Assembly: GCA_964530215.1 (NCBI GenBank)
Contig: CAZHAJ010000001.1
Coordinates: forward strand, 1-45,192
Direction of reading: 5' to 3'
Source of the DNA: an uncultured Peptococcaceae bacterium
Lineage (GTDB): Bacteria > Bacillota > Desulfotomaculia > Desulfotomaculales > Desulfocucumaceae
DNA: 45,192 nt
The notes under the pieces are model-generated. The model searched no databases, was not told the origin of the DNA, and saw only the letters and a program-made list of their open reading frames with translations. Numbering within the stretch: position 1 is the first letter of the stretch; each line of letters begins with the position of its first letter. The position numbers were made by a program, and so were the translations under genes. Positions 37,202 through 45,192 of this stretch are shown in pieces.

Positions 37202-39004
37202 ATGGAAGAGAGTATGGGAAGCTTGAAAAGAAGTCATATGTGCGGAGTTCTTCGTGAAGATCACATGGGACAAGAAGTTGTTCTTATGGGATGGGTTCAA
37301 AGAAGACGCGATCATGGCGGGCTAATTTTTGTGGACCTCAGGGATCGTACAGGTGTGGTGCAGTTGGTTTTTAACCAAGAAGTTGACGTTGAGGCTTTTA
37401 ATAAGGCAGAGATTATAAGAAATGAGTATGTTTTGGCAGTGGTGGGTACAGTAATTAAAAGGCCAGAAGGCACTGAAAATCCTGCACTTCCAACAGGTTT
37501 TGTGGATGTAGAGGTTAAAGAGGTGAAAATTCTTAACAGGGCTAAAACTCCTCCCTTTTACATAGAAGACGGGGTGGAGGTGGATGAAAATATTCGGCTG
37601 CGGTATCGTTATCTTGATTTGCGGCGTCCTGAAATGTACAACGCCATGAAACTTCGCCATCGTGCCTCAAAGGCAGCTAGGGACTATTTAGACCAAAATG
37701 GTTTTTTAGAGCTGGAGACTCCCATGTTAACAAGAAGCACTCCTGAGGGCGCCAGGGATTACTTGGTTCCCAGTAGACTGAATCCTGGAAAATTTTTTGC
37801 TTTACCCCAGTCCCCTCAACTTTTCAAGCAAATGCTTATGGTGGCCGGAATGGACAGATATTTCCAAATAGTAAGATGTTTTAGGGATGAAGATTTAAGG
37901 GCTGACAGACAACCGGAGTTTACCCAGATAGATTTGGAGATGTCTTTTGTGGATGTAGAGGATATTTTGTCCTTAATGGAGGAAATGATTCAATATATTT
38001 GCAGGGAAACAGTAGGATTGGAGCCATCATTGCCTTTTCCACGCATTTCATATCAGGAAGCCATGGACCGTTTCGGTTCAGATAAACCCGATACCAGGTT
38101 TGGTATGGAAATCCGGGATATATCCGATGTTGCCGGAACATGTGGTTTTAAGGTGTTTACATCAGCGGTGGAGAGCGGAGGTCAGGTAAGAGGCGTTAAT
38201 GCTAAAGGCTGTGGGGATTATAGCAGAAAGGAAATTGATGATCTTACAGCTTATGCAGGAATCTTTGGTGCAAAAGGTCTGGCATATTTTATTGTGGGTG
38301 CCGGAGGGACGGTAAAGACCCCCATTGCAAAGTTTTTCAATCAGGAAGAAATAAATGTGATTCTGGAGCGACTGCAGGGAGATGAGGGTGATTTACTGCT
38401 TTTTGTAGCTGATAATCCGGAAACAGTGGCATCATCATTAGGGAATTTAAGGCTTCATTTGGCACAGAAAAATTGCTTAATTCCCAACGATAAGTTTAAT
38501 TTCCTTTGGGTAATGGATTTTCCTTTATTGGAGTTTGATCAGGAGGAAAAAAGATATACCGCTAAGCACCATCCCTTTACTTCACCAGTGGAGGAAGATC
38601 TGGATTTGTTGGAGTCTAATCCTGCCCAAGTAAGGGCTAGAGCATACGATATGGTACTCAATGGTATGGAAATAGGAGGGGGCAGCATCCGGATACATCG
38701 CCGGGATGTACAGGAAAAGATGTTTAATGCTCTGGGCATGAGTGAGGAAGAGGCCGATGAAAAGTTTGGTTTCTTATTGGAAGCTTTTGAGTTTGGAACT
38801 CCCCCCCACGGAGGTATTGCTTTTGGTTTGGATCGCTTGGTTATGCTGTTGGCGGATAAAAAGTCCATCAGAGATGTTATACCATTCCCCAAAACGGCAA
38901 GCGCCACCTGTCTTCTTACTGATGCGCCCGGGGGTGTTGACTTAAATCAGCTTAAGGAGCTGCACATTAAATCCGACATAAAGTTAAAAACTGAGAAAAA
39001 ATAA
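37202..39004 (+). CDS. aspS: Aspartate--tRNA ligase (bacterial type; discriminating status unknown)
   Basis: OB-fold N-domain, [44 protein letters not shown] and the GAD insertion. I chose the ATG at 37202 (GGGAGGG RBS). Confidence 0.96.
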   Translation: MEESMGSLKRSHMCGVLREDHMGQEVVLMGWVQRRRDHGGLIFVDLRDRTGVVQLVFNQEVDVEAFNKAEIIRNEYVLAVVGTVIKRPEGTENPALPTGFVDVEVKEVKILNRAKTPPFYIEDGVEVDENIRLRYRYLDLRRPEMYNAMKLRHRASKAARDYLDQNGFLELETPMLTRSTPEGARDYLVPSRLNPGKFFALPQSPQLFKQMLMVAGMDRYFQIVRCFRDEDLRADRQPEFTQIDLEMSFVDVEDILSLMEEMIQYICRETVGLEPSLPFPRISYQEAMDRFGSDKPDTRFGMEIRDISDVAGTCGFKVFTSAVESGGQVRGVNAKGCGDYSRKEIDDLTAYAGIFGAKGLAYFIVGAGGTVKTPIAKFFNQEEINVILERLQGDEGDLLLFVADNPETVASSLGNLRLHLAQKNCLIPNDKFNFLWVMDFPLLEFDQEEKRYTAKHHPFTSPVEEDLDLLESNPAQVRARAYDMVLNGMEIGGGSIRIHRRDVQEKMFNALGMSEEEADEKFGFLLEAFEFGTPPHGGIAFGLDRLVMLLADKKSIRDVIPFPKTASATCLLTDAPGGVDLNQLKELHIKSDIKLKTEKK

Positions 39005-39069
39005 CTTTAAATTAGCAAAAATAGGACTTGTACACTACTTGCGTAGCTTATAGAAATATGCTAACATGA

Positions 39070-39316
39070 TTTTAGAAAAGCAGGTTACCCTGCGGTGTTC
39101 GTATAAGCTTGGGAGTTTAAAACCAACACTTAAACATTGGGAGTCTAACTCTGGTTGTGGCATGTAAGCCTTTTTTGGTAACATAAAGCAGTCAGGAGGA
39201 CACCCACCTATTTTAGAATAGGTTATAAACTTTTAGTTTTTACGGCACGTGTGGGGTGTTATGCTTGGAGCGCAAAACTATCGATCTTATGTGTTAAGGT
39301 CGATAGTTATTATTTT
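39070..39316 (+). ncRNA. Candidate structured non-coding RNA in the aspS-tcdA spacer (possible 6S RNA by synteny; fold not confirmed)
   Basis: A 375-nt ORF-free spacer ending in a good terminator. Long-range pairing AGTTTAAAACC (39114-39124) with GGTTATAAACT (39221-39231). Direct repeat GGTGTT..AT..GCTTGG.AG at 39095-39116 and 39254-39270. Local hairpin CCTATT-TTAG-AATAGG. Confidence 0.25.
39276..39316 (+). terminator. Rho-independent terminator
   Basis: AACTATCGA(T)C (39276-39286) pairs with GTCGATAGTT (39299-39308), followed by ATTATTTT. Confidence 0.65.
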
Positions 39317-39393
39317 ACTGCTTTATGTTATTAATTATAAAATAGGTTTAAGATAACTGGTTAGCTGCCGTTGTTTTTGGAGTGGAGCGTATA

Positions 39394-40089
39394 ATGGAAG
39401 AAAGGTTTGGTAGGACCAAACTATTGATTGGCAATGAAGGCTTAGAGGTTTTAAACAATAGTATTGTAGCTGTTTTTGGCTTAGGAGGAGTTGGCTCTTA
39501 TGCTGCTGAAGCCTTGGCTAGGGCCGGAGTGGGCAATCTAATTTTAGTGGATTATGATTTGGTGAATGTCAGTAACATTAATCGGCAGTTGCACGCAATG
39601 GATGACACGTTGGGTGTTTTTAAAACCCATCTTATGCTTAAAAGAATTAAAGGTATTAATTCAGAGGCAAAGGTTATCATTCATTCCAGAAGATATACCT
39701 TAGAAGATAGAGAGAGCTTTTTTACTGTTAAACCTGATTATGTAATAGATGCCATTGATGATGTTCAAAATAAAATAGACCTGATTTTTTATTGCTTAGA
39801 AAATAAGATTCCCTTAATATCCAGCATGGGGGCTGGCAACAGATTAGATCCCACTATGTTTAAGGTGGATGATATAGCAAAAACTTCAGTATGCCCCCTA
39901 GCTCGGGTTATCCGACAATCTTTGAGAAAAAAGGGTATTACTCACGGCGTCAAGGTGGTTTATTCAAAGGAGCAGCCTATAAAGACCAATGATATAGTAG
40001 GAAGTATTTCATATGTGCCTCCGGTAGCCGGCATGGTTTTGGCAGGAGCAGCTGTCCAGGATCTATTGACAATGTCTTTGGTGAAATAA
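39394..40089 (+). CDS. tcdA: tRNA threonylcarbamoyladenosine dehydratase (TcdA/YrvM, ThiF/MoeB E1-like family)
   Basis: RFGRT..L.G.EGL..L....V.VFGLGGVGS.AAEALAR.GVG.L.LVD.D.V..SN.NRQ. I chose the ATG at 39394 (GGAGTGGAG RBS). Confidence 0.88.
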   Translation: MEERFGRTKLLIGNEGLEVLNNSIVAVFGLGGVGSYAAEALARAGVGNLILVDYDLVNVSNINRQLHAMDDTLGVFKTHLMLKRIKGINSEAKVIIHSRRYTLEDRESFFTVKPDYVIDAIDDVQNKIDLIFYCLENKIPLISSMGAGNRLDPTMFKVDDIAKTSVCPLARVIRQSLRKKGITHGVKVVYSKEQPIKTNDIVGSISYVPPVAGMVLAGAAVQDLLTMSLVK

Positions 40090-40176
40090 TATAATATAAA
40101 GAATATCCATTTATTGATTTTGATGGTAAATATTTGGTTTGATATGTAAATACTACATATGAAAGGAGCGGTTATA

Positions 40177-40503
40177 ATGGCAGGCAGTGTTAAGGTTTTA
40201 AATGACGCCGATTTCAAAGAATTTATTTCAACAGCAAAAACTCCGGTACTGGTGGATTTTTATGCTGATTGGTGTGGCCCTTGTAAAATGATAGCTCCGG
40301 TTCTTGAAGAGGTTGCCGGAGAGTATGAAGGTAAAGTTCAAATTGCTAAAGTAAATGTAGATGAAAATAGAAATGTTCCAGGTGAATTTAACGTCAGCAG
40401 CATACCGACTTTGATTATGGTTAAGGATGGCAATGAGGCAGAAAGATTTGTCGGTTATAAGAACAAAAAAGAATTAAAGGATATTATAGATAAATATGCT
40501 TAG
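40177..40503 (+). CDS. trxA: Thioredoxin
   Basis: WCGPCK active site, 108 aa; AAAGGAG RBS. Confidence 0.95.
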   Translation: MAGSVKVLNDADFKEFISTAKTPVLVDFYADWCGPCKMIAPVLEEVAGEYEGKVQIAKVNVDENRNVPGEFNVSSIPTLIMVKDGNEAERFVGYKNKKELKDIIDKYA

Positions 40504-40651
40504 GCCCCATAAAGAGTAATACAGAATCCAGAAGTCAGAATCCAGAATTTTAGGAAATGGTCCTCTGTCAATTGTAGGGGTAGACCCCATAATGGGAGAG
40601 TAAATAGATTAAATTGGGTGATTGATATTTAAGTATCAGTCACCCTTTTTT
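40501..40651 (+). repeat. Intergenic repeat element, copy B: partial unit, heptamer array, bulged hairpin and terminator
   Basis: TAGGCCCCATAAAGAGTAATA (40501-40521) is a partial unit overlapping the trxA stop. Heptamers are CAGAATC CAGAAGT CAGAATC CAGAATT (40522-40549). CTGTCAATTGTAGGGGTAGACCCCATAATGGGAGAGTAAATA follows, then the terminator. Confidence 0.7.
40616..40651 (+). terminator. Rho-independent terminator (trxA / element B)
   Basis: GGGTGATTGATA pairs with TATCAGTCACCC (one G-U pair), followed by TTTTTT. Confidence 0.75.
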
Positions 40652-40888
40652 AAAGAAGTAAAATCAATTTATATAAAATTCTTGCTCTGAACCTCTCAAA
40701 GTTCCTGACCCCAAAAGCAGTTCTTTATAAACCTTAATTTTGTGAATCTTTGCATTGGTAGGGTGCGGATTTCAGTCATGCGCTTGGTACTGCGGTTGAA
40801 CCGTCTACCCAAACATTTATTACAGCGCCAATTTTTGGTATAGTTATAGCAAAGGAAAATCCTTTTTCTGGATTTGGAGGTTTTTGCT

Positions 40889-42202
40889 ATGGGAAACCTT
40901 TTTGAGCACACTGTTGATAAAAATACAAAAGCCCCCTTAGCTGAAAGAATGAGACCCGGTACTCTTGAAGAATTTGAAGAGCAGCAAGATATATTAGGGG
41001 TTGGAAAGCCTCTGCGAAGAGCCATAGAAAATGATAGTTTGGGTTCAATTATACTTCATGGCCCTCCCGGCAGCGGAAAAACCACCTTGGCCAAGATAAT
41101 AGCGAAGATGACGAAATCTCATTTTGAAACTATTAATGCAGTTATGGCTGGAGTTGCAGATATTCGGCGCGTATTGCATGAGGCCAAGGAGAGACGTTCT
41201 TTTTATAGTGAAAATACTATTTTATTTATTGATGAAATACATCGTTTTAACAAGTCCCAGCAGGATGCCCTGCTGCCTTTTGTAGAAAACGGTTTAATTA
41301 CTCTTATTGGATCAACCACTGAAAACCCTCTTTTTACAATAAATAGACCACTGATCAGCAGATCAAGATTGTTCAGGCTGAATAATTTATCCGGTGAAGC
41401 GATTACAAGAATCCTTCATAGGGCATTAGAGGATAAGGTAAGGGGCTTAGGGCAATATAACACAAATTTTGAAGAAAATGCTTTGGAGCATATTGCCGCC
41501 AATTCAAACGGGGATGCCAGGGGTGCACTGAATTGTCTTGAGTTAATGGTGATGACCACACCTCCAGGTGAGGATGCGGTACGACATATATCCCTGGAGG
41601 CTGTAAGGGAGGCATGTGGGGGGAGGGTGCTTCAATTTGACCGACAGGATGAACATTATGATGTTGTTTCAGCTTTTATAAAAAGCATGAGAGGCTCTGA
41701 TCCCCAAGCCACTGTGTATTGGCTTGCCCGTCTGCTTTATGCGGGAGAAGATCCTGAGTTTATCTGTCGCAGAATTATAATTCTTGCAGCCGAGGATGTG
41801 GGTTTGGCCGACCCAAGGGCATTGATGGTGGCAACAGCAGCTTCCCAGGCAGTTGAGAGGATTGGAATGCCTGAGGCCAGGATTATCATGGCAGAGGCTG
41901 CTTTGTATATGGCGGCGGCTCCTAAAAGTAATTCGGTTATTACTGCTATAGATGAAGCAATGAGAACAGTGGAGGAACAATTTGCTCAAGGAGTGCCGGT
42001 TCACCTTAGGGATTCATCCTATGCTAAACTGGAAAAGATTATGGGAAATAAAACGGATCAATATATGTACCCCCATGATTATCCCGGCAATTATGTTCGG
42101 CAGCAGTATTTGCCTGATAATTTGCAGGGAAAAGAATTTTATTACCCTTCAGATAATGGTGAGGAGAAAAACATCAGGCACTTCTTGAGAAGCTTAGAAT
42201 GA
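40889..42202 (+). CDS. rarA: Replication-associated recombination protein A (RarA/MgsA/YrvN AAA+ ATPase)
   Basis: [16 protein letters not shown], Walker [10 protein letters not shown], Walker [14 protein letters not shown] and the MgsA C-terminal domain (HYD..SAF.KS.RGSD.A..YWLARL). I chose the ATG at 40889 (GGAGG RBS). Confidence 0.93.
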   Translation: MGNLFEHTVDKNTKAPLAERMRPGTLEEFEEQQDILGVGKPLRRAIENDSLGSIILHGPPGSGKTTLAKIIAKMTKSHFETINAVMAGVADIRRVLHEAKERRSFYSENTILFIDEIHRFNKSQQDALLPFVENGLITLIGSTTENPLFTINRPLISRSRLFRLNNLSGEAITRILHRALEDKVRGLGQYNTNFEENALEHIAANSNGDARGALNCLELMVMTTPPGEDAVRHISLEAVREACGGRVLQFDRQDEHYDVVSAFIKSMRGSDPQATVYWLARLLYAGEDPEFICRRIIILAAEDVGLADPRALMVATAASQAVERIGMPEARIIMAEAALYMAAAPKSNSVITAIDEAMRTVEEQFAQGVPVHLRDSSYAKLEKIMGNKTDQYMYPHDYPGNYVRQQYLPDNLQGKEFYYPSDNGEEKNIRHFLRSLE

Positions 42203-42223
42203 AGGAGACAAGTAGGAAGGAGG

Positions 42224-42244
42224 CAGAAGCCAGAAGTCAGAATA
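42224..42244 (+). repeat. Heptamer array CAGAAGC CAGAAGT CAGAATA
   Basis: Same CAGAAKN unit as in elements A and B, immediately after the rarA stop. Confidence 0.6.
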
Positions 42245-42276
42245 AAGCTTCAGCTTATGTTAGTCTAATGGCCCTA

Positions 42277-42370
42277 GGTTGCTGATTGCTGATTGCTGGT
42301 TGCTGGTCGCTGACAGCTGAGCCAGAGGGAATGCCATTAGCTTATAGCTGATTGCTGGTCGCTTACAGCT
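42277..42370 (+). repeat. Tandem heptamers GRTTGCT (= YCAGCAA on the minus strand), x6, plus a second x4 block
   Basis: GGTTGCT GATTGCT GATTGCT GGTTGCT GGTCGCT GACAGCT (42277-42318). TATAGCT GATTGCT GGTCGCT TACAGCT (42343-42370) repeats the tail of the first block. Confidence 0.7.
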
Positions 42371-42400
42371 ATAGTCTATTAAAATAGTAGGAATTAGCCG

Positions 42401-42430
42401 TTGACTTACTGTCTAAATACGTGCTATTAT
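42401..42430 (+). promoter_or_regulatory. Possible sigma-A promoter of the iscS-iscU-mnmA operon
   Basis: TTGACT (42401-42406), 18-nt spacer, TATTAT (42425-42430). A ~110-nt leader follows, with the hairpin CCAGTGA...TCACTGG. Confidence 0.4.
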
Positions 42431-42546
42431 TTTTTTAATTAATCCCCAGTGAAATAGTATGGATTGATGTGGATAAACAGAATCACTGGAACGGACACAA
42501 AATAAATAATTAAAAAAACTTCTATAAAAAACAGGGAGGTATATGG

Positions 42547-43773
42547 ATGCAAAGAATTTATTTTGATCACAGTGCCACAACCCCAATTAGGCCTGAGGTT
42601 GCAGAAGTAATGTACCAATACTTAACAGGCGATAACTTCGGTAATCCCACCAGTCTTCATTGGTATGGCAGCAAAATAAGGAATGCCATTGAGGATGCCA
42701 GGGAACAAGTGGCTAAAGCCATTGGTTCTGCCCCAAGTGAAATAGTTTTTACCAGTGGTGGGACAGAATCAGACAACATGGCTATTCATGGTGTTGCACA
42801 GGCAAATAAAAATAAGGGTAATCACATTATTACCACAGCTGTGGAGCATCATGCGGTGTTGAATACAGTGAAGGCGTTGGGCAAACAAGGTTTTACTGTC
42901 ACTGTTTTACCGGTTGATAAGTATGGCATGGTGAGTGCAAGTGATGTAGCAGCATCCATTACAGATAAAACCATTTTAATTTCGGTTATGCATGCCAATA
43001 ATGAGGTGGGCACAATTATGCCTATAAAGGAAATAGCTGATATTGCCCGCTCCAAAGGGGTATTGTTTCACACTGATGCCGTTCAAAGTTTTGGAAAAAT
43101 ACCGGTGGATGTGAATCAGTTGGGAGTTGATCTGTTGACTATTTCCGGACACAAGATTCATGGACCCAAGGGGATCGGGGCATTGTATGTCAGGAGAGGT
43201 GTGCGATGGAAGCAAAGTCTTTTTCATGGTGGAGGTCAGGAGCGTTTGCGCAGGGCCGGCACTGAAAATGTCCCCGGAATCGTGGCTTTAGGATTGGCTT
43301 CTGAGTTGGCGGTGGCCAATTTAGAAAAAGAAAGTTCTTATTTGCAAGCTTTAAGGGATAAGCTTATAGAAGATGTTACAAGTCGCATAAGTCATGTGAA
43401 ATTGACCGGACATCCAACAGATAGACTTCCTAATCATGCAAGTTTTACCTTTGAGTATATTGAAGGTGAGTCCATGCTGCTAAGTCTTGATATGAAGGGA
43501 ATTGCTGCATCCAGCGGGTCAGCCTGCACATCAGGTTCACTGGAGCCGTCTCATGTATTGTTGGCTATGGGCATACCCCATGAGATTGCCCATGGGTCCA
43601 TAAGAATCACCTTTGGTATTGATAATAAGCTTGAAAATATTGACTATTTTATGGAAGTAATGCCGCCCATTGTGAACAGACTCAGAAGCATGTCACCTTT
43701 GGGCCAAGAGACAGAGTTTGCCCAAAATTCCGAATGTGTCTCCTGTAAGGCAAGCGGTACTTGCGGTCATTAA
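42547..43773 (+). CDS. iscS: Cysteine desulfurase (NifS/IscS class I)
   Basis: PLP lysine in SGHKIHGPKG and catalytic loop SSGSACTSG; IYFDHSATTP N-terminus. RBS is GGGAGG. Confidence 0.95.
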   Translation: MQRIYFDHSATTPIRPEVAEVMYQYLTGDNFGNPTSLHWYGSKIRNAIEDAREQVAKAIGSAPSEIVFTSGGTESDNMAIHGVAQANKNKGNHIITTAVEHHAVLNTVKALGKQGFTVTVLPVDKYGMVSASDVAASITDKTILISVMHANNEVGTIMPIKEIADIARSKGVLFHTDAVQSFGKIPVDVNQLGVDLLTISGHKIHGPKGIGALYVRRGVRWKQSLFHGGGQERLRRAGTENVPGIVALGLASELAVANLEKESSYLQALRDKLIEDVTSRISHVKLTGHPTDRLPNHASFTFEYIEGESMLLSLDMKGIAASSGSACTSGSLEPSHVLLAMGIPHEIAHGSIRITFGIDNKLENIDYFMEVMPPIVNRLRSMSPLGQETEFAQNSECVSCKASGTCGH

Positions 43774-43802
43774 TTTATGATAGAATGATTGGAGGTATGG
43801 AT

Positions 43803-44180
43803 ATGTATAGTGAAAAAGTTATGGACCATTTTGAAAATCCGCGGAATGTGGGTGAAATTACTGACGCCGACGGTATCGGTCAGGTGGGTAACCCCACTTG
43901 TGGTGATATAATGAGAATGTATATAAAGGTCAATAATAATATCATTGAAGATGTTAAGTTTAAAACCTTTGGCTGTGGTGCAGCGATAGCCACCAGCAGC
44001 ATTATCACCGAACTGGTAAAGGGTAAAACCATTGAGGAAGCGTTGAATGTAAGTAATAAAAATGTTGCAGATGCTTTGGATGGTTTGCCTCCGAAAAAAA
44101 TGCACTGTTCAAATTTGGCTGCGGATGCTATTCAAGCAGCTGTGGAGGATTATAAGTCCAAATTGAAAAAGGGGGAGTGA
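43803..44180 (+). CDS. iscU: Fe-S cluster assembly scaffold IscU/NifU (N-terminal domain type)
   Basis: YSEKVMDHFENPRNVG, NPTCGD, FKTFGCGAAIA and KMHCSNLA (three cluster-ligand Cys). I chose the ATG at 43803, 7 nt after the GGAGG RBS. Confidence 0.93.
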   Translation: MYSEKVMDHFENPRNVGEITDADGIGQVGNPTCGDIMRMYIKVNNNIIEDVKFKTFGCGAAIATSSIITELVKGKTIEEALNVSNKNVADALDGLPPKKMHCSNLAADAIQAAVEDYKSKLKKGE

Positions 44181-44181
44181 G

Positions 44182-45192
44182 TTGCGTAAGAAAGTAGTAG
44201 TGGCAATGAGCGGTGGAGTAGATAGTTCAGTTACTGCCGCAATTCTTAAAAATAAGGGATATGAAGTTATCGGGGTAACCATGCAGATATGGGATCCTGA
44301 TGTTACTGAAGTTGAAGGGGAACAAGTGGGATGTTGTTCCCTTTCAGCGGTTGAAGATGCACGAAGGGTAGCACATATGTTGGATATTCCTTTTTATGTA
44401 ATGAATTTTAGACAAGTCTTTGAAGAAAAGGTGATCAATTATTTTGTCCAGGAATATTTGGGCGGCAGGACACCAAATCCCTGTATTGCGTGCAACCGAT
44501 ATGTTAAATTTGATTCTTTATTGAAAAAGACCCTGGCTTTAGGTGCAGATTATTTGGCCACTGGTCACTATGCCAGACTTTACAGGGACAAATCAACTAA
44601 CCGATACGGAATAAGGAGAGCGCAGGATAAAAGGAAAGATCAGACTTATGTGCTTTATGGGATGAGTCAGGAGCAGATATCACGCACGCTCATGCCTTTG
44701 GGCGAATATACCAAGGAACATGTCAGGGATATGGCATCGGAGATGGGATTACCCACTGCAGAGAAATCCGAAAGTCAAGAAATATGCTTTGTCCCCGATA
44801 ATGATTACACGGGGTTCATTGCAAATAAGGCCGGTAATTCTGTGGAGCCAGGCCTGTTTTTGGATAGGTACGGCAATACTATGGGTACACACAGAGGAAT
44901 ACCATACTATACCATCGGACAGCGTCGGGGACTGGGTGTTGCTGCAGGACATCGACTATATGTGGTGGATATAGATGTGGAGAATAATGTAATAATACTG
45001 GGAAAAGAGGAGGATTTGCTGGTCTCTGGTCTGGAAGCCGGGTGCAACAATTTTATATCCTTCGATAAGCTTACTTCTCCCCTGAAGGTGGGTGCCCAAA
45101 TACGGTATAACGGAAAACCTGAACCGGCATTACTTATACCCATTGATGGAGAACGGGTTTCGGTGGTTTTTGACTCCCCCCAGCGGGCAATT
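44182..45192 (+). CDS. mnmA: tRNA 2-thiouridine(34) synthase MnmA (TrmU), N-terminal 337 codons; the gene runs off the window end
   Basis: Absent from the ORF track because no stop lies in the window. My translation from TTG 44182 reads MRKKVVVAMSGGVDSSVTAAILKNKGYEVIGVTMQIWDP..., carries the PP-loop SGGVDS motif and the NPCI.CN cysteine, and stays open to 45192. Confidence 0.9.
   Translation, partial: MRKKVVVAMSGGVDSSVTAAILKNKGYEVIGVTMQIWDPDVTEVEGEQVGCCSLSAVEDARRVAHMLDIPFYVMNFRQVFEEKVINYFVQEYLGGRTPNPCIACNRYVKFDSLLKKTLALGADYLATGHYARLYRDKSTNRYGIRRAQDKRKDQTYVLYGMSQEQISRTLMPLGEYTKEHVRDMASEMGLPTAEKSESQEICFVPDNDYTGFIANKAGNSVEPGLFLDRYGNTMGTHRGIPYYTIGQRRGLGVAAGHRLYVVDIDVENNVIILGKEEDLLVSGLEAGCNNFISFDKLTSPLKVGAQIRYNGKPEPALLIPIDGERVSVVFDSPQRAI

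Noticed and set aside
40696-41025. 109-aa minus-strand ORF spanning the trxA-rarA spacer and the rarA 5' end
   Set aside because: It overlaps the rarA start and the repeat 17-mer, is Arg/Cys-rich with low complexity, and has no RBS. I treat it as spurious.

Overview
This window is mostly core genome from a moderate-to-low GC Firmicute, probably Clostridia or Peptococcaceae-like. That call rests on gene content and order only. Two classic conserved blocks are present: ylxM-ffh-rpsP-khpA-ylqD-rimM-trmD-rplS-lepB-rbgA-rnhB (5.3-12.6 kb) and recJ-relA-dtd-MBL hydrolase / hisS-aspS-tcdA-trxA-rarA-iscS-iscU-mnmA (29-45 kb). Between them lie an 11-gene nuoABCDHIJKLMN operon (no nuoEFG), a solitary ilvC, a small accessory islet, and inverted comM-yraN genes. 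The left end carries an AGAT-like amidinotransferase with a Na+/solute symporter and a divergent XRE regulator. Findings worth a second look, in rough order of interest: (1) A textbook tRNA-Ala(GGC) gene (2572-2646) sits inside the Leu-specific T-box leader of leuS, where Stem III normally is, 6 nt upstream of the T-box sequence. (2) A minus-strand three-gene operon (26656-23853) encodes a 5-TM protein, a DndB-like DGQHR protein (the two are translationally coupled) and an HD-GYP phosphodiesterase. No dnd, dpd or restriction partners are nearby, the TM gene is visibly AT-rich, and the operon abuts a repeat element. (3) A family of structured intergenic elements occurs after ilvC and after trxA. 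Each has a CAGAAKY heptamer array, a bulged hairpin and a terminator, with compensatory stem changes between copies. Related opposed heptamer arrays sit in the rarA-iscS spacer. (4) The hisS-aspS T-box looks Asp-specific rather than His-specific. (5) The 375-nt aspS-tcdA spacer is structured and occupies the position where B. subtilis has 6S-1 RNA. No CRISPR array, rRNA or transposase was seen.
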